Below, piece by piece: positions 56,341-64,000 of a DNA stretch of 64,000 bases. The DNA is taken from positions 104,123 to 168,122 of the forward strand of contig JBBRLX010000006.1 of the NCBI GenBank assembly GCA_038231135.1, given 5' to 3'. This stretch comes from Candidatus Eiseniibacteriota bacterium. GTDB taxonomy: Bacteria; Eisenbacteria; RBG-16-71-46. A model generated the notes under the pieces. The model ran no database searches and was not told the DNA's origin. It saw nothing but the letters and a program-made list of their open reading frames with translations. A program made the position numbers and the translations under genes. Every line of letters starts with the position of its first letter. Positions within the stretch are counted from its first letter, which is position 1.

Positions 56341-58311
56341 ATCAAAATTTCCGCCGGATTTCCGCAACTCGCTGCCGCGTGCCTCGTGCTCTGCACGACT
56401 CCAGCCGTTGCCCAATGGTCGACGAATGGGATCCGGGTGTGCCCCGCGGCCGGACGCCAGACGAACGTTGTTGTTGCCAGTGACGACGCCGGCGGCACCT
56501 ATCTGGTATGGCTGGACGATCGTCGCGGAAGCATCGGCGTGTTCGCCCAGCATCTGACTCCTACTGGCACGATCGCCGCCGGGTGGCCGGCGCTCGGGCT
56601 GCCGGTGCGCGACGTCATCGGCAGTTCCGCCTCCGATCCGGAGATCGTGCCCGATGGCAGCGGCGGCGCGATCATCGCATGGCGCGACCTGCGACAACCG
56701 CCGGGCAGCATCTACGCCCAGCAGGTGAGTGCGGCCGGGAATATCCAATGGGCCGCGAATGGTATTCCGGCTACCGGGTCCGCCGCCGGCGGCTCCTGTT
56801 TTGGATTGGCCACGGATGACGCGGGCGGCGCGTTCTTGTGCTGGTCCGACCTCCGAGCACCTCATTCGCACGTCTACGTGCAGCATCTGACGACGGCAGG
56901 CCAGACCTCGTGGCCGGCGGGCGGCGTCTCGACCAACATTGTGAGTTCCGCCGACCAGCAGTGTCCGAGGTGCATTCCCGATGGCGCCGGTGGAATGATC
57001 GTCGCATGGTCGGACTGGCGATTCGACTATTACGACGTTGCCCGTGAAGGGACGGTTCAACGTGCCACGACCCTCATGCAGCGCGTCGACTCGCTCGGCA
57101 CTTCGCAATGGGCTGATTCGGGTGCGGTGATCGCCCCGGGTGCGACGATGGGACTCGCTTCGGACCACGCCGGTGGCGCAATTGTCGGAATCGATGGTTT
57201 CTACAATGGCGGAACTTTCTTCCGTACCCAGGTGTTCCGCATCCGCCCGACCGGTCAACCGCGGTGGAGCATGGTGATCAGCGCGGACCTCGTCAGCACA
57301 AGGGTTGCCGCGCTGCTCGGCGATGATGCCGGCGGTGCGATTGTCACAATGGCTCACAATCGCTCGGTCGGCGACAGCTCGATCTATGCGGAGCACTACG
57401 CCGCCGATGGGGCCCCGCTATGGGGCTGGACACGCGTCTGCTTTGGCGCCCAGGTCCAGAACGGCCGCACGCCGATGATCTCGGACGGCGCAGGCGGCGC
57501 GCTGCTCGTGTGGCAGGACGGGCGCGCGGACGCAGGCAACCATCCTCCCGAGTCGTCATGGGACATTTACGCGCAACATGTCACCTCGGTCGGCCAAATC
57601 GCCGACGGTTGGCCATTGTCAGGCCGGCCAATCTGCACCGCGGACAGCCTTCAGGAGCAACCGGGTCTCACCATGGATGGTGCGGGTGGGGCGATCGTCG
57701 CATGGAACGATGATCGCGCAGGGAGCCCGAATGTATACGTTACGAGGCTCACGAATGACGCCGTCAGCGCGACGCTGGTTTCGTTGGTGTCGGCCGCGGC
57801 CGCCTCCGATCACGCCACGTTGATTTGGAGTATCTCGAACGGAGCCGATGGAGCGGTTGTCGTGTACCGCTTCGAAACGGGAAGCTGGCAACCCATCGCG
57901 ACGTTCGCGCCTGATGGCAACGGGCGCATCACCTTCATCGATCGCAATGTCGTCCCTGGCGCCCGATACGAATATCGGCTGGGGATCCGCGAGCACGGCG
58001 TCGAGGCGTTCTTCGGTGAAACCTGGCTGACGATACCGATCGCGGCGGAACTCGCATTGCGGGGGCTGCAACCGAACCCTGCGGAAGCCGGCCTGACTTT
58101 GGCGTTCTCGTTACCCGACAACCGGCCGGCGCGCCTCGAACTCCTCGACGTTAGCGGCAGGGTCATACGGGCACGCGAGGTCGGGTCACTCGGCGCGGGC
58201 AACCATATCGTTACGCTCAATGGCGGCGCGCGGGTGCCTGCGGGCATCTATTGGGTGCGGCTGACTCACGGCGGCAGTGCGCTCGTTGCGCGCGGCGCAG
58301 TCGTGCGCTGA
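56341..58311 (+). CDS. Secreted DGxGG-repeat (putative beta-propeller) protein with sorting-like CTD; probable ATC start
   Basis: In-frame TAG at 56329, then AGGGG-N6-ATC giving (M)KISAGFPQLAAACLVLCTTPAVA-QW; about 8 repeats of D(G/D/H)xGGA..(AW.D.R); PNP..F.LP..DVSGR CTD. Confidence 0.8.
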   Translation: MKISAGFPQLAAACLVLCTTPAVAQWSTNGIRVCPAAGRQTNVVVASDDAGGTYLVWLDDRRGSIGVFAQHLTPTGTIAAGWPALGLPVRDVIGSSASDPEIVPDGSGGAIIAWRDLRQPPGSIYAQQVSAAGNIQWAANGIPATGSAAGGSCFGLATDDAGGAFLCWSDLRAPHSHVYVQHLTTAGQTSWPAGGVSTNIVSSADQQCPRCIPDGAGGMIVAWSDWRFDYYDVAREGTVQRATTLMQRVDSLGTSQWADSGAVIAPGATMGLASDHAGGAIVGIDGFYNGGTFFRTQVFRIRPTGQPRWSMVISADLVSTRVAALLGDDAGGAIVTMAHNRSVGDSSIYAEHYAADGAPLWGWTRVCFGAQVQNGRTPMISDGAGGALLVWQDGRADAGNHPPESSWDIYAQHVTSVGQIADGWPLSGRPICTADSLQEQPGLTMDGAGGAIVAWNDDRAGSPNVYVTRLTNDAVSATLVSLVSAAAASDHATLIWSISNGADGAVVVYRFETGSWQPIATFAPDGNGRITFIDRNVVPGARYEYRLGIREHGVEAFFGETWLTIPIAAELALRGLQPNPAEAGLTLAFSLPDNRPARLELLDVSGRVIRAREVGSLGAGNHIVTLNGGARVPAGIYWVRLTHGGSALVARGAVVR

Positions 58312-58547
58312 GCGAGAGCAACTATCCTGTCGAATAGGGTGCGTCCTGACGAACGATCGGGAGATCGTTCCCGCTACTTCGAACCAGCGATGTCTTGGGT
58401 CTGGCAAACGGGGTCGTTCCAGCGGCCCGAGGGCCACCGTCTTGAGACTTCCAATGTCTTGATAGGCCATTTCAGCAATTTGGATGGCGTCACTGTTCGA
58501 AGTGAACGCGTCCGCGGATCTTCTCCTTGGCAAGTCATATGCAATGA

Positions 58548-61223
58548 TCACTGCATAAGCACGAACTTCCGTGATGCCTGTCGACTTCCTTGGTGGAGCG
58601 TCACGAAATAGAGCCCGGGATCGAGACCCCGGCAGGGCACCGCGACCGATCCGCCGGCCGGGCCTTCACAGTTCCGCCCGCCGATGCGCCTGCCGCCGAG
58701 ATCGTAGACGTCGAGCCGATAGCTTCCCGGTGCTGTGGCCACCATGACGTTCAGCGCCCCTGCGTCTCGCGCCCGCGACACGGCAGTAATCCCAAAATTC
58801 ACACCCCTCACTGTCGCGCCTACCTCGACTGAATGCATCGATCCGTCCGCGCTCGCCAGCCGGTAGTCGTAGGATCGGCCCGGAACGACATCGGCGTCGG
58901 TGGTAACAATCACGTCACTGCGAGTGCCCGCCACTTCATGGATCCGGGACCAGTCCGATCCCAAGCTGCGCCGCCAAAGCTCATACCGGCAGGCCGTGCA
59001 TGACGGAGTGTCCCATTCGATCACCACCGGTCCGAGGTCGCTCACGACGTGCCCGTCCGGCACGAGCACGGAGGTGACAGCATCCGCGAGTCGCAGCAAC
59101 GTAACGACCGACCTGCCCACGCAGGTCACCAAATCCGGCAGCCCGTCACCATTTCGATCCGCCCAGTCAAGGCCTTCCGCCTGTCCCCCGGCGCCGTACT
59201 CTGATTCATGATCGCACGTCCCATCTGGCAAGTAATGGAGATAGGTGATTCTCCGCTCAGAATTCATCACGGCCACATCCCAGCCATTCCCGCCCGGATA
59301 TGCGCGGATCCCCCCAGACGGGCAAGGAAGAGACGTGGCCCGAACCAGGGCATTTCCCTCGACCCGGAAGCTCCAGATCAAATCCGACGCCAGCCCGTCA
59401 ACATAGCTCCCGACCCAGATCAAAGGTGGGCTTCCTTCCCCAATGGTGATCGCGCTGCTAACGCCGGTGATCGATGTTCCCGGTCCCCGAAGAAAGGTTC
59501 CGTCGCGCGCACCCCAATACACCAAGACAGAACCCCCGTTGGATGTGATCGCCAGGTCGGGAATCCCATCACCGTTCATGTCCCCTACCGCCATTCCGTG
59601 GAGGACAGTCAGGCCAAGGACCGTCGACACCGGTGAACTGAACGACATCCCCCCCTCATTCAACAGCACGTCCACCTCGTACTGGTTTGCCCAAACGACG
59701 TCTAACCGGCCATCACCATCCATGTCCGCCAGCGTCACTACAATTGGAGCCGTCGCAGCCAAGTGCCCAGTCACCGTCCACGTACCACCCACATTTCCAC
59801 GATAGAGATCGATTCTACTGACACCGTTGGTGCTACCCACAATGTCCGGCTGGCCGTCCCCATCCAGGTCGCCCACCGTACTCAGATATGTATAATTGCT
59901 GAACGTTGTGATTACCGGCGCACTGAATGTCGCCATTGCTCCTCCAAACAGGGTGCTGTAGGCCGTGCTGCCGTTTACGATGGCGTCGGGGTATCCATCG
60001 TGATTGATGTCCGTCATCCGAACATCAGTGCCCACAATTCCGGCGTCTGACGTGATACTTGATCCCAAACCGCCGCTCGCATTCCCGAGAAACACGTCGA
60101 GGGCCGATGAGGTGATGAGCGCGATGTCGAGGCGGCCGTCCCGATTGGCGTTACATGGCGCGATGACTTGAAAGGGTGTGTGTGGACTCGTGATCCATGA
60201 ATTGCCGACGACGAGATGTCCCAATCCGTCATTGGTCAGCGCCTGAACCGAGACAGTGCTTTGAGAGAAGATATAGAAAAGCATAGCAATGTCGTTGCTC
60301 CCGTTTCCATCCAAGTCCGCCAGGCAGAACTCGCCGCCGCCGGTAAACCGATCATCCTCCAGCAGGCTCAATCCCCCGTGGCCATCGTTGATAAACACCG
60401 ACACGTCGGATCTCGAAAGGCTCACTTCCACCACGTCCGGCACCCCGTCTCCATTCATGTCGCCCACCGCCAGCGGTCCCGCCATGTCCGGCACTGGATA
60501 GGATGTCGCCGATAGGATCCCACCCACGGAGCCACGCCGTACGCCGAGAACGCCATGAGTTGTGGGATACCCTACAGATCCCACCGTATAGATGACGTCG
60601 GCGTACCCGTCGCGGTCCAGGTCCGCAACCTTCACCCGAGACACCGTTCCCGACTCTCTGAGGGTCGTCACCGCCGCGAACTGTCCGCCACCCGTTCCAT
60701 AGAAAACGGAGATGCTGCTGTCAGCGCCGTTTGCGCTCACAATGTCCGGAATGCCGTCCCCATTGAGGTCTCCAACGGCCAACCGCTGTGGCCGCCCCTG
60801 TGCCACGGTGCTCGACACGAAAGAGAACGTTCCATCTCCCACCCCGCCGTACACCTCTACCCTCGAAGGAAATCTCGCACCGACCACGATGTCGAGACGC
60901 CCATCGCCGGTGACATCGGCCACGACAACTGCTGTCGGTTGCTGGCTCGCGAGCGACGTCACATTGAACGACCCGTCGCCCCGCCCCATCAATACCCTGA
61001 TCCCCGAGGAAATGGGGTACACCGCAACCAAGTCGTCGAAACCGTCCCCGTTGAAATCGCCGACGCTCATGTCCGTCGGGGTGAATCCCAACTCCGTCGT
61101 GATGAAGGGTGCTGCGAACTTAACGTCGCTCCCAACCGCGCACCAACCAGCACCTGACCACATTACCATCAGGGTGCCGGCCAAGAGCGCGCCCGTCACG
61201 GCCCGCCTCACAATTGCTGCCAT
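58548..61223 (-). CDS. Secreted FG-GAP/VCBS repeat protein with divergent sorting-like CTD
   Basis: GGGAGG RBS; many (G/A)D(L/M/F)NGDG..D repeats; VYDLGGRR...PGLYFV C-terminus. Confidence 0.9.
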   Translation of the reverse strand: MAAIVRRAVTGALLAGTLMVMWSGAGWCAVGSDVKFAAPFITTELGFTPTDMSVGDFNGDGFDDLVAVYPISSGIRVLMGRGDGSFNVTSLASQQPTAVVVADVTGDGRLDIVVGARFPSRVEVYGGVGDGTFSFVSSTVAQGRPQRLAVGDLNGDGIPDIVSANGADSSISVFYGTGGGQFAAVTTLRESGTVSRVKVADLDRDGYADVIYTVGSVGYPTTHGVLGVRRGSVGGILSATSYPVPDMAGPLAVGDMNGDGVPDVVEVSLSRSDVSVFINDGHGGLSLLEDDRFTGGGEFCLADLDGNGSNDIAMLFYIFSQSTVSVQALTNDGLGHLVVGNSWITSPHTPFQVIAPCNANRDGRLDIALITSSALDVFLGNASGGLGSSITSDAGIVGTDVRMTDINHDGYPDAIVNGSTAYSTLFGGAMATFSAPVITTFSNYTYLSTVGDLDGDGQPDIVGSTNGVSRIDLYRGNVGGTWTVTGHLAATAPIVVTLADMDGDGRLDVVWANQYEVDVLLNEGGMSFSSPVSTVLGLTVLHGMAVGDMNGDGIPDLAITSNGGSVLVYWGARDGTFLRGPGTSITGVSSAITIGEGSPPLIWVGSYVDGLASDLIWSFRVEGNALVRATSLPCPSGGIRAYPGGNGWDVAVMNSERRITYLHYLPDGTCDHESEYGAGGQAEGLDWADRNGDGLPDLVTCVGRSVVTLLRLADAVTSVLVPDGHVVSDLGPVVIEWDTPSCTACRYELWRRSLGSDWSRIHEVAGTRSDVIVTTDADVVPGRSYDYRLASADGSMHSVEVGATVRGVNFGITAVSRARDAGALNVMVATAPGSYRLDVYDLGGRRIGGRNCEGPAGGSVAVPCRGLDPGLYFVTLHQGSRQASRKFVLMQ

Positions 61224-61279
61224 GTTAACCTCCCTAGCTACTAGGGTCGTCCTGAGATCTGCCTATGACGATACCACGA

Positions 61280-61629
61280 CACGCTCACGGTTCACCGCAC
61301 GAAGTCTGGGAAGGTGCGCCGTGTGCAGTTGCCGACGACCGTGCTCGATGAACTGCGGCTGCGGGTGGGGCGCATCAATCCACTCCGGAATGCCGGATCG
61401 AACGGTTCCACGCCCATCAGTTGCGGCACACCTTCGCGTGCCGTTGGCTGGAGGTGGGTGGATCGGTGGATCGCTGGCCGCACTGCAGGAGATCCTGGGT
61501 CATGCCTCGATCGTGACGACTCAGCGTTACGGGCGCCTCGGTGAGGCGCACGTCCAGGCCGAGGCGCAGCGGATTCAGGGACGTTTGGTCACAGAAGTGG
61601 TCACACCCCTCTTGCACCAAAACCGCTAA
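61280..61629 (+). pseudogene. Tyrosine recombinase/integrase C-terminal remnant with two frameshifts
   Basis: TKSGKVRRVQL in one frame, RFHAHQLRHTFA in a second, LQEILGHASIVTTQRY in a third; 8-bp duplication GGTGGATC at 61457-61472. Confidence 0.85.
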
Positions 61630-61701
61630 AACTGATTCGTGTCATGAACCTTGGAGTTCGCTCAAACCCCTCGAAGACATTGCGCGGCAACGAAGTCAGA
61701 A

Positions 61702-61733
61702 GAGCCCCATGAGGTTGGCGCCTCGTGGGGCTC
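61702..61733. terminator. 13-bp stem-loop, probable terminator between convergent units
   Basis: GAGCCCCATGAGG-TTGGCG-CCTCGTGGGGCTC (one G-U pair). Confidence 0.55.
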
Positions 61734-61862
61734 ATTCAATTCCGCGGACACGGACGGACAAACGCGGGCAATAAAGGGCGCTGAGTCGGTAGCAATTCGG
61801 TAGCAGGGAATGATGGCGGGAGCAGGCCCCTAATCGACAAGGCACCAGAACAACACGCAACG

Positions 61863-63752
61863 CTATCGGGATCGGACCATGCGTCGAGTCTGCTGGCCAT
61901 TCGGGAACTTGTACCGCAGCAGATACAACCCAGAAGGCAAGACTCGATTACCCGATGTTGCCGTCCACCGAACGCGGTGCTGACCGGCGGTCAACGCGCC
62001 GTGGAAGATTACCGCAGCTACGCGACCTTGGACGTCAAACACGTCCAGTTCGACTACTGCAGACCGGGCCAACGTGAACTCCAGGTCGACGGGACCGCCG
62101 CCTGGGTTCGGGCTGATGCGCGTGAGGGCAAATGTCGACGCACCGGCCGGCACCATGACAGAAGCCCCCAACGCCACGACACTCTGTCCTTCCCTCATCG
62201 CGAGACGGTACCAACACACCTGATCGGTAGGTGCAGTTGTGTCGAGTTCCACGATCGCATGCCCTACCAATGATCGTATCGTCGCTGGGACGATCCATGG
62301 GCCACCCTCGGAAACGCCCCGCTCAAGCCGCACGCTAGGAATTGCACCCCCATCGGCCAGCTCCCATACCACGCGGATCCCATCAGGCTTGCGCTCAGCC
62401 GTGAATCGTGATACGAGCGTGGCCGTTGTCACTGTATCCCGGCAGCCTGTACCGAGTGCGCCGATGACACCGCACACGGACTGTGTGAGCAGTGGTGAAC
62501 CTGCGGCTAAGTGGAAATCCCCGTTCGGCGTATCACAGAACACCGGGTCCAGAGCGAGATCCTGACTAGAAGGAGTCCGGCCGGATTCGGGGCCCTGGCT
62601 GTTGCCGAACAAGTCGTTGCACGCCACCGAGGTTGCATCCGGTGAACCCCAACGCACTCCATACTCGCCATTGCCTAAAGCGATATTGCGCTCTAACTCG
62701 AAGTAAATGGCTCCCTGGGTGGGAGCGTCGCCGGTAGCACCGATTCCGGACCGTCCGTTGAAACAACTGGTGTTGTTCGTGATGCGTACCTGCGCGTGGG
62801 TCGCGCCCACTACGATTCCGTCCCAACTGCTCAGCCAAACGACATTGCTGTCGACGACAGCTGCTTCGTTCGTGATCAAGTACAGGCCATATTGGCTCGC
62901 GGCTTCGACTCGATTCGCAGTAATTGCCATGCTGTCACTGGGGTCAGCATATATCCCTTCGCCGCAGCGCCTCGCCACATTGTGGGACACGAAAATTGCG
63001 CCTCCGCTTACTGAGAACCCCGTAAAGCTGCAATCGTCTGCGACATTGTTTGAGATGGTGGCGGTGTCGCTAACGCGCGCCAGCACCCCATACCTGTACC
63101 CTCGAAAAATATTGTCGTGGATCTGGCACGACCACCATGAGCCCTCGTACCCTAGCGCAGCTCCGAACCCGGCGCCGGTAAAAGTGCAGTATTGCACCGA
63201 AAGACGACAATCGCCCGCGCCCGCTGACACGGTGCCGTTGATCACGCACGAATCCAATAGGCAATATCCATCCACCACGATGGATGACGCCCCTGTAATC
63301 AAGCATTGCAACAATTCCAACCTGGCAGTCGAGACATAACGCGAGAGATCATGCAGGCCCGCATCAAGTTGACACCGTTTCAATGTGATTGCACAGAGGA
63401 CGTAGTCGTTACGGACGTACAGCGGCCCCGTGCACCGAATGCCTTGACAGATAAACGTCGGATTGAAGCCCAAGTCCAACGGTTCAATGCTGATGCCAGC
63501 TATCGAAGCCACTGCTTGACCGGAGTCCGCCCATGACGCCAGGACCACTTGCTGGGTGATGGTGACCGTATCTGGGTACGTGCCACTGCGAACCAGCACT
63601 GTATCTGGAACGGCATTTAAAGCGTCTTGAATCGTCGCAGCTTGATCCGGGACGAGAAGCGAACTGGCAGAAGCAGGGGGCGGCATCGTGGACAGGGCGA
63701 GTGTGCAGAACGCCACTGTCCAAACGCAGATTTGGCCGCGGATTGCTTTCAT
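61863..63752 (-). CDS. Secreted right-handed beta-helix protein with sorting-like CTD
   Basis: GGAGG RBS; VPDQAATIQDAL...DTVLVRSGTY; NN-rich rungs; DPVFC...DFHL..GSP..C..IGA..GC; TATLVSRF domain; PNP..VFDVQGR CTD. Confidence 0.9.
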   Translation of the reverse strand: MKAIRGQICVWTVAFCTLALSTMPPPASASSLLVPDQAATIQDALNAVPDTVLVRSGTYPDTVTITQQVVLASWADSGQAVASIAGISIEPLDLGFNPTFICQGIRCTGPLYVRNDYVLCAITLKRCQLDAGLHDLSRYVSTARLELLQCLITGASSIVVDGYCLLDSCVINGTVSAGAGDCRLSVQYCTFTGAGFGAALGYEGSWWSCQIHDNIFRGYRYGVLARVSDTATISNNVADDCSFTGFSVSGGAIFVSHNVARRCGEGIYADPSDSMAITANRVEAASQYGLYLITNEAAVVDSNVVWLSSWDGIVVGATHAQVRITNNTSCFNGRSGIGATGDAPTQGAIYFELERNIALGNGEYGVRWGSPDATSVACNDLFGNSQGPESGRTPSSQDLALDPVFCDTPNGDFHLAAGSPLLTQSVCGVIGALGTGCRDTVTTATLVSRFTAERKPDGIRVVWELADGGAIPSVRLERGVSEGGPWIVPATIRSLVGHAIVELDTTAPTDQVCWYRLAMREGQSVVALGASVMVPAGASTFALTRISPNPGGGPVDLEFTLARSAVVELDVFDVQGRVAAVIFHGALTAGQHRVRWTATSGNRVLPSGLYLLRYKFPNGQQTRRMVRSR

Positions 63753-64000
63753 CGTCAGGCACCTCCCGAGTCGTCTGGGATCGCCCTGGCGGTGGCGGCG
63801 AAGGATGCGAAGGCTTTTGAGTCTCCTATGTCGGAGTAGTCAAGTCAACGTCAATGGCGTGATCAGCGACAATCAGAACTCCCGCCCGTGTTGCCTCAGT
63901 TGGGAATGTTACCAGCGAGGCAGGTTACGGTGCATCACCTCACTGGCGCCGATCAGAGGGCCGCAAAGTTCGGCCGCGTGAGCGCGCCGGTATCTATGCC

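Noticed and set aside
58186..58551. 121-aa minus-strand ORF between convergent genes
   Set aside because: Overlaps the end of a real gene and has no recognisable motif
1..64000. Many long alternative-frame or antisense ORFs (e.g. 485-1612 +, 9517-11304 -, 16562-18889 -, 33171-35975 -, 43441-46050 -)
   Set aside because: Shadow ORFs typical of high-GC DNA; Arg/Ala/Gly-rich, without motifs, and overlapping well-supported genes
1..64000. CRISPR array, rRNA, tRNA, known anti-phage defence genes
   Set aside because: No repeat-spacer array, cloverleaf or recognisable defence domain was seen by eye; small RNAs cannot be excluded without covariance-model searches

Overview
High-GC bacterial window from a diderm; the many FlgD-Ig/T9SS-like C-terminal-domain proteins suggest a Ca. 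Eisenbacteria-like or FCB-related lineage (inference only). Blocks: (1) 1-2299, a truncated secreted beta-helix plus Ig-repeat protein on the minus strand that the ORF track misses. (2) 2.9-14.6 kb, an unusual cluster of two exported metallophosphoesterases, TonB, a POTRA-less Omp85 barrel, a signal-peptide-bearing HipA/PI4K-like kinase-fold protein, two NTT (ATP/ADP translocase-family) transporters (one HEAT-fused, probable CTG start) and a cNMP-binding protein, with a candidate sigma54 promoter and a shared operator-like motif. This is the best candidate for an undescribed system: a possible nucleotide-fuelled periplasmic kinase/phosphatase module. (3) Two PAS hybrid kinases and a DUF5916 outer-membrane protein. 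(4) An atypical Cys-containing NarL-type pseudo-receiver regulator divergent from a ~14.4 kb hypoxia-type island (3 USPs, Zn-ADH, NirK-cytochrome c fusion, YceI/porin/SRPBCC, ackA, mgtA, eRF1-like protein, P1B ATPase). (5) Seven secreted proteins sharing a sorting-like C-terminal domain. (6) A deleted rhomboid, orphan rsmH, a Gly-rich protein with a zinc-finger-like motif, MacAB-like exporter, sulfurtransferase and GNAT. (7) A lower-GC terminal region with a frameshifted tyrosine integrase remnant. No rRNA, tRNA or CRISPR array was seen. All family assignments come from motif recognition by eye, not database searches.
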